This document shows positions 20,323 to 31,220 of a stretch of 64,000 bases of DNA, piece after piece. The stretch covers positions 1,504,001-1,568,000 of the forward strand of contig CAWGTN010000002.1 of NCBI GenBank assembly GCA_963825525.1, in the 5' to 3' direction. Origin of the DNA: an uncultured Chloroflexia bacterium (lineage in GTDB: Bacteria; Chloroflexota; Limnocylindria; QHBO01). Position numbers and translations under genes: made by a program. The number at the start of each line of letters is the position of its first letter. Within the stretch, counting starts at the first letter, position 1. Under the pieces are notes generated by a model, which saw nothing but the letters and a program-made list of their open reading frames with translations, ran no database searches and was not told where the DNA came from.

Positions 20323-22543
20323 ATGAGCAACCGCTTCGCAACCAGGATCGGACTTCCGTCCGCCGAAGAGCGACCGGCGGACGCGTTCGATGTCGTCACG
20401 TTCCACGAGCCCGCCGTCGGTGCCCTGGCGCGCACCAAGGGGAGCCTCTACCTGCTCGCCCAGCTCACCGGAGGCAGCGCCAACCTGGCCCGGGCGGCGC
20501 GCGAGGCACTCGAGAGCATCGAGCGTGACTACTACTACGACCTGTCGGCCGGCGTCACGATCTCGCTCTCTCGCGCGCTGGGCGGCGCGAACCGTCGCCT
20601 CTACCACGCTCGCAAGCGGCTCGGCATTCCGCGCAGGTCAGCGGTCAGCGTGGTGGCGATCGTCATTCGCGGACACGAGGCGCACGCGGCGAAGCTCGGC
20701 CCGGCCAGCGCGGTGATCGTGCGCGACGGGCGCATGTACGAAGTGCCGCCACCGCCTCCCGCCACGGAGGAGGATCCCCGCGTTCGGCAGCGCAGGATCG
20801 CCGCCAGCCTGGGGGAGGCTCTCGAGGTGGAACCGTACGTCTGGCAGGGGGCGCTCGCCGTCGGCGACCGGATCGGCCTCGTCAGCCGTCACCTTGCGCA
20901 CCTGGTCGGGGTCGAGGAGCTCAAGGGCGCGCTGTCATCGATGCCGCCCGGCCGGGCCGTGGCGCACCTCCAGCAGGTCTTCGGGATCCGGGGTGGATCC
21001 GGCTCGGACGGGCTGCTCGTCGTCGAGGTCACCGAGCTGTCCTCCACCGCAACCAGCCACCACCTCGAGCCGGTGAAGCCGGCCGAGCCCTTCGCCGGGC
21101 TGCCCGACCAGAGCCCGGTGCCGCTGGCCGATGCGATCGGGCGCGGCCTGCACCGCGCCGGCAACGCCGCCGAGGCGACCCGGGCCGCCCTGGGCCGCGG
21201 CGTCCTGACCCTGATCAGCTGGATCCTGGCCTTCGTGCCGCGGCGTCGTGCGGCGTATCCCACCAGCATCCCGCGCACGGCGGAGCGCGAGCAGGGGCGC
21301 CGTCGCCGCGTCGGGCTTGTAGCGATGGCGGGATTGGCGGGCATCCTGGCGGCCGGCGCCACGGTCGCCGCATTCCCGGCCGTGCGTCCGACCGAGGCCA
21401 TCCCGCGAGCCACCGTGGCACGAGCATCGATCCGGGAGGCCGTCGAGCTGCTCGTCGCGGTCGAGGAGCGCATCGACGGTGCCGATCTGGTGGACCGCAA
21501 CCCGGAGCGCGCCGTCGAGCTGCTGGCGGACGCGCATGCTGCGGTGACGCGCGCGGCCACGGCCGGAGTCGCCGAGGGGGACCTGGCCACGCTGTCGGGA
21601 CGCATCGAGCGACGGCTTGACGCGCTGTACGGCGTGACCCGCATCGCCGAGACGGACCTCGTCATCGATCTCGGTTCGGCCCTCGAGGACGTGGACCCGA
21701 GCGACATGGTGGCCGCGAGTGACGGCTCGCTGTGGATCATGGACGCGGGTCGCGGCCGCATCATCCGCGCCGATCCGGCGGATGGCTCGCTCACCATCGT
21801 GTCGCGGGCCGGCCAAGCACTGGAGTCAGGCGAGATCCCGGGAGACCCGTGGCTCATGGCCACGGCGGCCACCGATGTGGTGGTCATCGACCGTCAGCGA
21901 ACCGCATGGCGCATCGATCTGGAAGAGCGCATCCCGCGCCCGATGCCGTTGGCCGGCGTCGAGGAGCTCAGCCCCCGAACGACGCTGATCGGGGCGCTCC
22001 AGCATCGGCCTCCGCTCGAGATCTTCAACCTCTACGTGGTCGACGGCGCGACCGGCGAGATCGACCGATGGACGCCGCCGGCCGTCATCCCGGTCACGTA
22101 TCCGGATCCCGCCGTCCCGTTCCTGACCGGCGAGCCCGACCTCGACCCGCGCGATGCTCGCGACCTGCGGGTCGACATCAACGCGTGGCTCCTCCACGCG
22201 TCGACCGTGACGCGCGTCGACTTCGGCTCACCCCGCGACCAGGCCGAGTACTCGCTGGATCCACCGCCCGATGCGGCGATTCGGCCGGAGCTCGACTACC
22301 GGCTGCTCGACGGCGCGACCGTGGGCGACCGCGACTTCCTCTACGTGTACGACGCCGCCAACTCGCGGCTCATCGCCTTCCAGCGAGCGGACGGCGCCTT
22401 CGTCCGGCAGTGGATGGCGTCCGCCACCGGGACGGCAGACCTGTCGGTCGTTCGCGGGCTGTCCGTCTCCTCGGTGAGCTGACGGTCCGCCGGTCGCGTT
22501 CCTCCTCACCCCCGACGGCGTGGTCCGACTCGTCCTCGATTGA
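20323..22543 (+). CDS. membrane protein: PP2C-like N-domain, TM, beta-propeller-like C-domain; apparent +1 frameshift at ~22477
   Basis: PP2C-like pattern (ALGGANRRLY, AVSVVAIVIRG, LAVGDRIGLVS); TM VGLVAMAGLAGILAAG; DGSLWIMD/LYVVD/LYVYD repeats; TATAAT at 20280. Confidence 0.7.
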
Positions 22544-22563
22544 CCGGCGCTAGAATCGGGACC

Positions 22564-23112
22564 ATGGCGGAGCAGCCATTCGGCCGGGTTCGGCTCATTG
22601 AAATGGTCGTCGAGAGCGTGCGCGTGCACATGCTCTCGAGCCAGCACGTCGTGATCCTGAAGCAGTCCGAGCGTGATCGCTACCTGCCGATCTGGATCGG
22701 CCCGTCTGAGGCGAACGCCATTGCCATGCGGCTCCAGGGCCTGTCGGCAGAGCGGCCACTGACCCACGACCTCATGGTCAGCGTGCTCGCATCGCTGGGG
22801 GCGAGCATCAGCCGCGTCGTCGTCACCCACGTGACCGACGGGACGTTCCATGCTCGGCTCTACCTCGAGAACGCCAGCGGCGACGAGAGCGAGGTCGATT
22901 CGCGCACCTCAGACGCCATCGCCGTGGCGGTGCGGACCGGCTCGCCGATCTACGTCGATGAGCGGGTGCTCGATGAGGCCGGCGTCGAACCGGACGCGAG
23001 TGACGATGACACCCCGGACGAGGAGCAGCTCGCCGTGTTCCGCGACTTCGTGAACTCGCTGGACGTGGACATGGAGTCCGGCGAGAAGGGCCCGCCGACC
23101 GAGGAGAGCTGA
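22564..23112 (+). CDS. bifunctional nuclease family protein (DUF151)
   Basis: RYLPIWIGPSEANAI, RPLTHDL, DSRTSDAIAVA. Confidence 0.92.
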   Translation: MAEQPFGRVRLIEMVVESVRVHMLSSQHVVILKQSERDRYLPIWIGPSEANAIAMRLQGLSAERPLTHDLMVSVLASLGASISRVVVTHVTDGTFHARLYLENASGDESEVDSRTSDAIAVAVRTGSPIYVDERVLDEAGVEPDASDDDTPDEEQLAVFRDFVNSLDVDMESGEKGPPTEES

Positions 23113-23124
23113 GCCGGGCTGCCG

Positions 23125-23878
23125 CTATCGACGCGGCGGGCCGAGGACCTCGCGGCGGTTGGTGATCAGCGCGATCCGCAGCTTCCCGATGTCGCGGAAC
23201 GTCCGCATGATCTTGCGGAAGCTGGCCCCGGTGTTCGTTCCCGCCGCGCGCGGGTAGTGGTTGACTCCCACCTGTGCCAGCTTCTCGCCGCGCGCCTTGA
23301 GCTTGATGAGCAGCTCGGCCGACAGGAACGGCGAGTCGGTGGTGAGCGGCAGGCCGTCGAACAGCTCGCGGCGGAAGAGCTTCATGGCGCAGTCGATGTC
23401 CCGCACCCGCAGGCCGAAGAGCACCGACACGATGGCGTTGTAGCTCTTGGCGATGACGATGCGGTGCGGAGGGTCACGCCGCTTGATGCGATAGCCGATG
23501 ACGCCATCCACCGCCTTGCGTGACGAGTCGCGCGAGGCGATCGAGCAGCCGATGCATCTCGCGCAGGTCGAACTGCAGGTCGCCGTCGCTGAAGCTGATC
23601 AGCTCGCCGCGCGCGTTCTCGAAGCCGGCGCGGAGGGCGCCGCCGTAGCCGCGATTCTCCTGGTGGTGGACCCTGACCCGCGGGTCGGCGGCGCTGAGGG
23701 CGTCGGCCAGCTCGGCGGTGCGGTCGGTCGAGCCATCGTTCACGACCAGGACCTCGATAGATCCGTCCACGAGGGGACCGATCTCGTCGAGCGCCCGCCG
23801 GACGGTCTCCTCGACGTTCTCCTCCTCGTTGTAGGCCGGGAAGAAGAACGTCAGGCGGGGACGCTCTGGATCGGTCAT
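23125..23878 (-). CDS. GT2 glycosyltransferase (polyprenol-phosphate sugar synthase-like); apparent +1 frameshift at ~23531
   Basis: FFPAYNEE, VNDGSTD, NRGYGGAL, SDGDLQFD, then DIDCAMKLFR in the next frame. Confidence 0.88.
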
Positions 23879-25516
23879 GACGCGGGACCCTCGACATGCA
23901 GGAGCCGGGTGAATCCCGGCAGGGTTGGCACCGTGGTGAGCTCCCAGCGATCGGTGACGTTCCGACGCTCCCAGTCGGGGAGAACCACGTAGACCGGCCG
24001 CTCGCCGAAATGGGAGCGGATGGCGTTGTTCATCGTACGGTATCCGTCGTCGAGGATGTCGCGCTCGTCGATGATCGTCAGGTCCGGACGCTCGCCGAGC
24101 ACCCAGCGGTGATGCCAGAGCGGCGTGCTGTAGCTCCACCAGCTGACGATCACCGCATTCACCGGCAGAAGCTCGTGCACCGATGCCACCCAGGCATCGG
24201 CGTCGCGATTGTCGCTCTGGTCATGCGCCGCGTACTCGGTGACGATCGATGCCGCCGGGAGCAGGGCGCCGAGGCCCAGAACGATGCTTCCGGCAAACCC
24301 CGCCAGCAGGCGTCGCGACCGCAGCGAGTCGGTGAGGCGCCGGGACACCTCGGCCACCGCGCGCGCGACCGCCGTCCCGACCGCGGCAAGGGCAACGCCG
24401 AGGAGCGGCGCGAGGACCGCGATCGTCGGCATGTAGTAGCGGTCGATGTCGCCATCGCGGAAGTTCATCGAGTACAGAACGTTGCCGACCACGAAGAGCA
24501 GCAGCACCGCGAAGGTCCCGAGCGAACGGGCGGCCACGACGGCCGCCCCGATGGCGACCAGGAGCCACCCGGGCGCCGCGAACTGTGCCGCCAGGACGCG
24601 CTCCGCGTCCGCCCACTTGTTGGCGAGGTCGGCCAGGGGCTCCCGGAAGTCGCGGAACAGGCCACTGAACTGCTCGGCGAACACCACGTAGCGGAACCGC
24701 TCGAACGTGTCGGGACGGCCGTAGAACAGCGGAGGCTCGGGGTCGGTGATGGCCCGCAGCCAGATGTAGGCGAACGATGCGATCCCAGCCGCCAGCACCA
24801 GCGCGCAGATCGCGATGAGTCGTCGACGCCGATGGAAGGAGGGGTCCACCAGGAACAGCCAGGCGCCGATTCCGAAGGCGAAGAGGCCGATGAGTGGATG
24901 AACTCCCAGCCCGAGACCGAAGGTCGCCGCCGCGGCGACCAGCCACCGACCCGCTTTCGGTGAGCCGGTGGCTTCCGCGCGAGCCCAGCTGAGGACGAGC
25001 CAGACCAGCGACGGTCACGGACAGGATGCTGATGGCGTGGACGTCCGCGCGGGTCGCGTTCTCCCATGGTTCCGAGGCGAAGGCGAACGCGGCCCCCGCC
25101 ACGCCGGCCGCGACGGCATGCAGTCCACGGTCCCGCTCTCGGATGAGGAGGCCGGTGCTCAGGACCACGAAGCCGGACGCCAGCGCCACAGCCACCGCCG
25201 AGAGAAGGTTCATGCGCCAGGCGACCTCCCCGATCGGCAGCTGGCTCCACAGCCAGCCGATCATGGTGTACACGGGAAACCCGGTCGGATGGAAGATGGA
25301 GAGCGTCGGAGGTACGGTCTGGGCCTCGCCGGTGTCCCAGAATCCGCCGGCTGGCAACAGGGTGCGCAGGTAGATGCCGAAGGCCAGGACGACCACCAAC
25401 GCGGCGGCGAACGCCACGAGATTGTCGGTGTGGGCGATCCACTGCCGGCCGGTTCGGCGTGCGGAGGATGCAACCGCGACCCGTTCGGGGCCGTCGGGGG
25501 CTCGATGTATACTCAC
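23875..25516 (-). CDS. DUF2723/TMEM260-like GT-C membrane glycosyltransferase; apparent +1 frameshift at ~25011; start uncertain
   Basis: WDTGEAQ..LSIFHPTGFPVY..AWRMNLLS..ATRADVH, then YIWLRA..RYY in the next frame. Confidence 0.8.
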
Positions 25517-25600
25517 CGCCACCTTGGCGTGCTTGACGAGACGGCGCACCCCCCGGGAGTGCCGCACCTGATGATTCGTGGCCCCGTCGGGCGACGGGGC

Positions 25601-28600
25601 GTGGGGATACTCGACGCGATTCGACAGCTCGACGCCCGCACGGTCCTCACCACGATCCTCGTCCTTGGCCTCGCGCTGCGCGTATTCATCGCCGGTGTCT
25701 ACCTGCCGCTCAGCGGATTCTCGATCGACATCGGTGACTTCTCCGCCTGGGGACAACGGCTAGCAAGCGTCGGGCCAGGCGCATTCTACGAGTCGGGCTA
25801 CTTCAGCGACTACCCGCCCGGGTACCTGTACGTGCTCTGGCTGCTCGGCGCCATCGGCGGCGCGCTCGCGCCGCTGGTCGGACAGGACGCCACCGGGGGT
25901 CTCGTCAAGATCCCGGCAATCCTCGCCGACATCGGCATCGGCTGGCTGCTGTTCGTCATCTGCCGCCGATGGGCGGGTGACCTGCTGGACCGGACGCGGT
26001 TTGCCATCAGCGGCGAAACGTTGGGCATCGCGGCCGCCACGATCTACGTCTTCAACCCCGGATCCATCTTCGACTCGTCCGTCTGGGGCCAGATCGACTC
26101 GGTCGGTTCGCTGGTGCTGCTGGCCACGATCTACGCGCTGGCTCGCGGCTGGACCGAGGCCGCCGCGTTCGGTGCCGTTCTCGCCATGCTGGTGAAGTTC
26201 CAGTTCGCGTTCCTGCTGCCCATCGTTGCCATCGTCGGGATCCGCCGGCACGTCCTCGGCCGGTCGACCGACCCGGCGCTCCACGGACGCCGAGACGTCC
26301 TGCGGGTCGTGACCTCACTGGCGGTCGGCGTGGGCACCCTCACCGTCCTCATGCTCCCGTTCGGAATGTCGCTCTACGCGCCGCTTGCCGGAGGCGACCC
26401 GACCGGGTTCCTCGGCATCCTGCCCGAGCCAGATCCGAGCGCGAGCCTCATCGGCAAGTTCGTGGAGGCTGCCAATACCTACACCGGCCTCTCGATCAAC
26501 GCCTTCAACATGTGGCGCAACCCATGGTCGGGTCTGGGCGACACGCTCGTCTGGGGCGACGACACCCCGGTCGGGTTCGTGGTCGGGTCGGTCGCGCTGA
26601 CCTGGCAGCAGGTCGGAACCGTCCTCTTCATCCTCGTGGCGCTGGTCGCCCTGGTCCAGGTGGCGCGACGCGACGACCTTCGCGGCATCCTCGTCGCCAG
26701 CCTTCTGCTGGCCATCGCCTTCTTCGTCCTGCCGACCCGCGTCCACGAGCGCTATCTCTTCCCGGCCCTCGTGCTTGCGGCTCCGCTGCTCCTGTCCGGC
26801 CGGCTGTGGCCGTGGATCTACGGCGGGCTGACACTCTCGTTCTTCACGAACATCTACTGGGTCTACAGCGAGGACTGGTCGTTCGCCAGTGGACTCATCA
26901 ACCCGGGGGTTAACGGCCTCCCGATGGTCCAGGATTGGCTGCTCGAGCACACCCTTCTCACCGACTGGGGCATCTGGGCGATCTCGCTGCTGAGCGTCGT
27001 CCTCCTGCTGCTCGTGATGGCCAGGTCCGTGGCGATGGTGGTTCGGCCCGCGTCCGACGCTGTGCCGGTGCCCGATGCCGCGACGTCCACGCTCCCAGCT
27101 GGCCGCTCGCCGCGCGCCGCCCAATGGGCTGTCGACGGTGAGGGCGAGCCGGCCGTCGCGGTGCGACGAGGCGGGATCTTCGGATGGCTGCGTCCCGACC
27201 CCGCCGACCCGTACCTGCTCGAGCCCCGCCGCCGGCTTGATCGGCGCGACGCCGGTCTCCTCCTGCTCCTGGTGGTCTTCGCGCTCGTATTCCGTCTGTG
27301 GCGGCTCGATGTCCCGCGCGGCGACCACTTCGACGAGGTCTACCACGCGCGTTCCGCCACCGAGTGGATCAGCAACTGGCAGAACGGCTGGCAGCGCGAT
27401 GTCTACGAGTGGACCCATCCGATGCTGGCGAAGTACCTCATCGCGGCCGGGATCACCCTGGCCGACCCGAACAAGGTGACCGATACCGACCAGCTCGACG
27501 GCCCGTCGCCATCCATCGCGGTGGCCACGGCAAGGTCCTCGCAAGGTTGGGACCGTTCGATCGTGTTCACCGCCCCGGCTGCCGGCAGCACGATCCTGGC
27601 GACCGACGCCGAAACGGGCCGGGTCGTCGTCCGCTTCGACGCGGGCGGTCCGGTGGCCGCGCTCGCGTACGACGCCGATGCACCACGCCTCCTGGTCGGC
27701 CGCGCGGACATCGGCACCGTCGAGACGTTCGAGCTGGCCGGCCTGCTCGCGTCACCGGACGGCCGCGCGCCACCCTCGGGGCCACCGATCGTCACCGAGC
27801 TCCAGGGCGTGATCCAGTTCGCGGTGCCGCGCGACGCGGACGTGATGCTGCTCCGCGGCCCGGACGGGCTCGCGGTCGTGGATCGCGCGACCGACGAGGT
27901 GCGGGTCAGCGGACCGGGGGTCTACGGAGGAATGGCCTGGATTCCCAGCTCCGACGCGGATCAGCCGAGCTTCGTGGCGGTCACCGATCCGGGTCGCGGC
28001 TCCGTTTTGTTCCTCGACAGCTCGACGCTCGCGCTGGTCTCGAACGCTGACGGTGGCGAAGCCGGGGTGGTCGAGGTCGCGTCACCGCTCGTCGGCCCGC
28101 TCATCTCGCGGGGTAGCGGCGATGACCAGCAGCTCTTTGTGCTGACCGGGGCGGTGGCCGCCAATGACGAGCATCCGGAGACGGCCGGCGGCATCGCGGC
28201 ACTCGACGCCGATGCCCAGTCGCTGAGCGACATCGTCCCGTTGCCGGGCGCTCCGGCGCTCATCGGCGAGCAGAGCGTCGCAAAGCTCGTCTACGTGGCC
28301 GGGGTCAACAACAGCGGGGAGCCGGTGGTGTGGCCGATCGAGCCGCACCTGGACGATCGAGGTGACACGAGCTCCGGCCTCGCGGCCTTCGACGAGACCG
28401 TGCTGCCGGCCCCGGCCCTGGCGATGGATTTCGACATCAGTGCCGATAACCAGGGCGACGACCACGGGGGTCTCATCCTGAGCACCGGCGACGGGCAGCT
28501 GGTCCGCCTTGACGCGGGCAGCAACGCCTTCGCCTGGCGGCTGGCGGGCGTGACGTTCGGGGCCGTCCTCGTCGGCCTCATCTACCTGCTCACCGCGACA

Positions 28601-30340
28601 CTCTTCGGCCGACGTCGGATCGCGGTCCTGGCCGCCGGCTTCATCGCCATCGACGGCATGAGCTACGTCATGAGCCGAATCGCGATGAACGACATCTTCG
28701 TGGCCGTCTTCATCGTGGCCGCGTATCTCGCTTTCTGGCAGATCTGGTCAGGCCGATGGGCGCGAAGCGCCTGGTGGGTGCTGCCGCTGGTCGGCGTCCT
28801 CATCGGCCTCGCGGCAGCCACCAAGTGGGTCGGCTTCTACGCCCTGGCCGGCATCTGGATCCTCGTACTGGCGCGGTCGAACCTCGGGCGGCTGCTGCTG
28901 GTCGGACTCGTGGCCCTCGGCACCGTGGTGGGCGGGTTCGATGCCCCGTGGCCGTTCCTCGTCACCATGCTGCTGGCGCTCGCCATTGCCCTGGCGATCG
29001 TCCACGTCAGGCCGATCCGGCTCGACCTGGCGACGGCTCGCCTGGCGCTACCGGCGACCGGGGTCGTACTGGGTGGGGTGGGGCTGGCCTTTGCCCTGGC
29101 CTACGATCAGGTCGATGGCGCCGGCACGGCCGACGGGGCGGTCGAGATCCTCTTCGCGCTCCTCGCCCGCGGCGCGCAGGTCGGCTGGCCGGCGTACCTG
29201 ATGCTCGCCGTCGCCGGGCTGCTCCTGCTGTGGCGCGCCGTGCGGTCGATCCGCGAGCCGAGCTCGGACGCGCGCTGGGCCCAGCCGGGGGAGATGGGCG
29301 GCTTCGCCTGGTCGTGGATCGGCGCGTGCCTGATCGTCATCCCGCTGACCGTGTATGCCCTGAGCTACGTCCCGTACCTGCAGCTCGGCCACGTCTTCGC
29401 CGGCGCCGATGCGGGTCCGGGTTACGGCTGGTCGCTGGAGGAGCTCCACGCCCAGATGTTCGGCTACCACTTCGGGCTGACCGCGGGCCACGCCAGCTCG
29501 TCGCCGTGGTGGAGCTGGCCGTTGGACCTGAAGCCGACCTGGTTCTTCAACGCGACGTATGACGCCGACCAGGTCGCGGTCATCTACAACGGCGGGAATC
29601 CGATCCTGTTCTGGGCCGGCATCCCTGCAGTGGCGGTCTGCGCGGTGCTGGCCTGGAAGCGCCGATCGGCCGCCCTGGTGCTCGTCGTGGCCGCCTTCGC
29701 CTTCCAACTGGCGCCGTGGACCCGGATCGAGCGCGCCACGTTCGCCTACCACTACCTCACCGCGGTGATCTTCGCGATGATCGCCATCGCCTACGTCGTG
29801 GACGAGCTCCTGCGTCGTCCAGCGTGGCGCGAGCTGGCCATCGGCTACCTGGCGCTGGTCGTCGTCGTCGGCATCCTGGTCTTCCCATTGGGCGCCGCGT
29901 TCCCGATGCCGGATTGGTACATCAACGCCGCCCGCGCGCTGCCGCCGTGGAACTACGGGTTCCAGTTCCCCGATCCGCCGAAGGGCGATCGCGGCGACCT
30001 CGTCAGCGCATCGGGCCTCAAGCTCATCGGCGGCGTCGTGGCGGCGGTGCTTGCCATGGCGTGGTCGGTGGGTGGCCGATCCTGGGTGCCGGCGATCCGG
30101 TCGCGGCTGCCCTCTCGGCGCTCGGTGCCGGACGCTCCCCGACGCAGGCTGATCGTCACATGCCGCGGGGAGGAATCCGGCGAACGTTCGGTGATCGGAG
30201 GCGCCTTACGTGGTGACCAACCGCCTGGCACTACTGGCCGCGATCTTCACCCTTGTCGGAGTTTGGATGAGTCACTCCTCACGCGTCTTCACACCTCTGC
30301 ATTCGATTCGGGGGTTGAAGAGATCGCGAGTGGTTCGTAA
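25601..30340 (+). CDS. fusion protein: GT-C mannosyltransferase-like domain plus PMT (GT39) with beta-propeller-like insertion; true stop possibly 30152
   Basis: DYPP, WGQIDS, HERY; FDEVYHARSA..EWTHPMLAK; AWRL, SRIAMND, ATKWVG; SSPWWSWPL..GNPILFW; GTG start at 25601. Confidence 0.85.
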   Translation: MGILDAIRQLDARTVLTTILVLGLALRVFIAGVYLPLSGFSIDIGDFSAWGQRLASVGPGAFYESGYFSDYPPGYLYVLWLLGAIGGALAPLVGQDATGGLVKIPAILADIGIGWLLFVICRRWAGDLLDRTRFAISGETLGIAAATIYVFNPGSIFDSSVWGQIDSVGSLVLLATIYALARGWTEAAAFGAVLAMLVKFQFAFLLPIVAIVGIRRHVLGRSTDPALHGRRDVLRVVTSLAVGVGTLTVLMLPFGMSLYAPLAGGDPTGFLGILPEPDPSASLIGKFVEAANTYTGLSINAFNMWRNPWSGLGDTLVWGDDTPVGFVVGSVALTWQQVGTVLFILVALVALVQVARRDDLRGILVASLLLAIAFFVLPTRVHERYLFPALVLAAPLLLSGRLWPWIYGGLTLSFFTNIYWVYSEDWSFASGLINPGVNGLPMVQDWLLEHTLLTDWGIWAISLLSVVLLLLVMARSVAMVVRPASDAVPVPDAATSTLPAGRSPRAAQWAVDGEGEPAVAVRRGGIFGWLRPDPADPYLLEPRRRLDRRDAGLLLLLVVFALVFRLWRLDVPRGDHFDEVYHARSATEWISNWQNGWQRDVYEWTHPMLAKYLIAAGITLADPNKVTDTDQLDGPSPSIAVATARSSQGWDRSIVFTAPAAGSTILATDAETGRVVVRFDAGGPVAALAYDADAPRLLVGRADIGTVETFELAGLLASPDGRAPPSGPPIVTELQGVIQFAVPRDADVMLLRGPDGLAVVDRATDEVRVSGPGVYGGMAWIPSSDADQPSFVAVTDPGRGSVLFLDSSTLALVSNADGGEAGVVEVASPLVGPLISRGSGDDQQLFVLTGAVAANDEHPETAGGIAALDADAQSLSDIVPLPGAPALIGEQSVAKLVYVAGVNNSGEPVVWPIEPHLDDRGDTSSGLAAFDETVLPAPALAMDFDISADNQGDDHGGLILSTGDGQLVRLDAGSNAFAWRLAGVTFGAVLVGLIYLLTATLFGRRRIAVLAAGFIAIDGMSYVMSRIAMNDIFVAVFIVAAYLAFWQIWSGRWARSAWWVLPLVGVLIGLAAATKWVGFYALAGIWILVLARSNLGRLLLVGLVALGTVVGGFDAPWPFLVTMLLALAIALAIVHVRPIRLDLATARLALPATGVVLGGVGLAFALAYDQVDGAGTADGAVEILFALLARGAQVGWPAYLMLAVAGLLLLWRAVRSIREPSSDARWAQPGEMGGFAWSWIGACLIVIPLTVYALSYVPYLQLGHVFAGADAGPGYGWSLEELHAQMFGYHFGLTAGHASSSPWWSWPLDLKPTWFFNATYDADQVAVIYNGGNPILFWAGIPAVAVCAVLAWKRRSAALVLVVAAFAFQLAPWTRIERATFAYHYLTAVIFAMIAIAYVVDELLRRPAWRELAIGYLALVVVVGILVFPLGAAFPMPDWYINAARALPPWNYGFQFPDPPKGDRGDLVSASGLKLIGGVVAAVLAMAWSVGGRSWVPAIRSRLPSRRSVPDAPRRRLIVTCRGEESGERSVIGGALRGDQPPGTTGRDLHPCRSLDESLLTRLHTSAFDSGVEEIASGS

Positions 30341-31007
30341 GACCATCAGGTTGGCGGTCGGGGCACTCATCCTGATTTTGAGTGCTTCGCCCGCTACCGC
30401 TCTGGTATGCGGTATTGCCCCCGACGATCCACAGAACCCTGGTGTGGTCGAACGTACCATCGCCGGGCAGGAGCCAATGGGCGGCGACTTCGATGTGGTC
30501 GTGCTGGGTGTCATCGAAGGTATCGGCAGTACGGACTCCAACGGCTATCGACGCGTGGTCATCGATGTCCGTGCGGTACTGAGGGGGTCCGCGCCCCGCG
30601 CATACGAGTTCTCGTACCCGGCTGCTGCCGACGAACCCGAGCCGATGTTCGTTCGGGGTGCCAGCTACTTGGTTGCCATCGAGTCCGAGGGGATCACCGG
30701 CGGCCCAACAGCGAGCGAGTGCAGCGCCACAAAGCAGATCGCTAACCCTGAAGAGATCAATCGATACATCGGTCTGTCTGCGAGCCCGACGATCTACGGG
30801 GAAGTTCCAGCCGCCCGGTCGGCACTGAGGTCGCACCGAATTGGGTCATTGGAGGGTCCCTGGCAAGCATTCTCGCGGTCGGCGTTGCGAATCGGGCTAG
30901 TTCACTGTCGTACGCATCGGAACTCGGCGCCCGCCGGCGCCTTTGATGAGAACAAGGAGGTCGTGGATCTAATGGTCTCTTCAATGGTGTTTGGAACCGC
31001 CAATTAG
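30330..31007 (+). CDS. secreted TIMP/NTR-like protein, 3' part probably frameshifted
   Basis: Signal peptide ending ATA-LVC; DVVVLGVI, VRAVLRG, FVRGASYLV, ECSAT; lower GC; TM-like WVIGGSLASILAVGVA in another frame. Confidence 0.5.
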   Translation: MVRKTIRLAVGALILILSASPATALVCGIAPDDPQNPGVVERTIAGQEPMGGDFDVVVLGVIEGIGSTDSNGYRRVVIDVRAVLRGSAPRAYEFSYPAAADEPEPMFVRGASYLVAIESEGITGGPTASECSATKQIANPEEINRYIGLSASPTIYGEVPAARSALRSHRIGSLEGPWQAFSRSALRIGLVHCRTHRNSAPAGAFDENKEVVDLMVSSMVFGTAN

Positions 31008-31106
31008 GCTCGCATGCGGCCTCGGCGTACGCTGGGCCGCTGGAGCCGTCCGCTATTCGCCGACCGGCAACTTCGCCCCGCTCCAATCTACTACCCCGGA
31101 CGAAAG

Positions 31107-31136
31107 TTGACAGCGGGCAAGCGCCGGTCGTAGACT
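31107..31136 (+). promoter_or_regulatory. sigma70-type promoter of the leader/ABC operon
   Basis: TTGACA-N18-TAGACT. Confidence 0.7.
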
Positions 31137-31220
31137 CCGCCGGCACCCGGACCGCAACCGATGCTGCCCGTGTGCCCGGCGGCCATTTCACCCAGCACAG
31201 AGAGGAGCGATCTGACGGCA

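Noticed and set aside
24968-25600. N-terminal 211 aa of the 1790-aa ORF
   Set aside because: Overlaps the DUF2723 gene on the opposite strand; membrane-protein sequence starts near GTG 25601
25520-25600. Riboswitch or hammerhead suggested by CTGATGA and hairpins
   Set aside because: The remaining consensus elements of fluoride, SAM or hammerhead motifs could not be matched by eye
27470-28520. Insertion in the PMT domain as an intein
   Set aside because: No Cys/Ser-start with His-Asn-end splice motifs or homing-endonuclease signature; looks like beta-repeats
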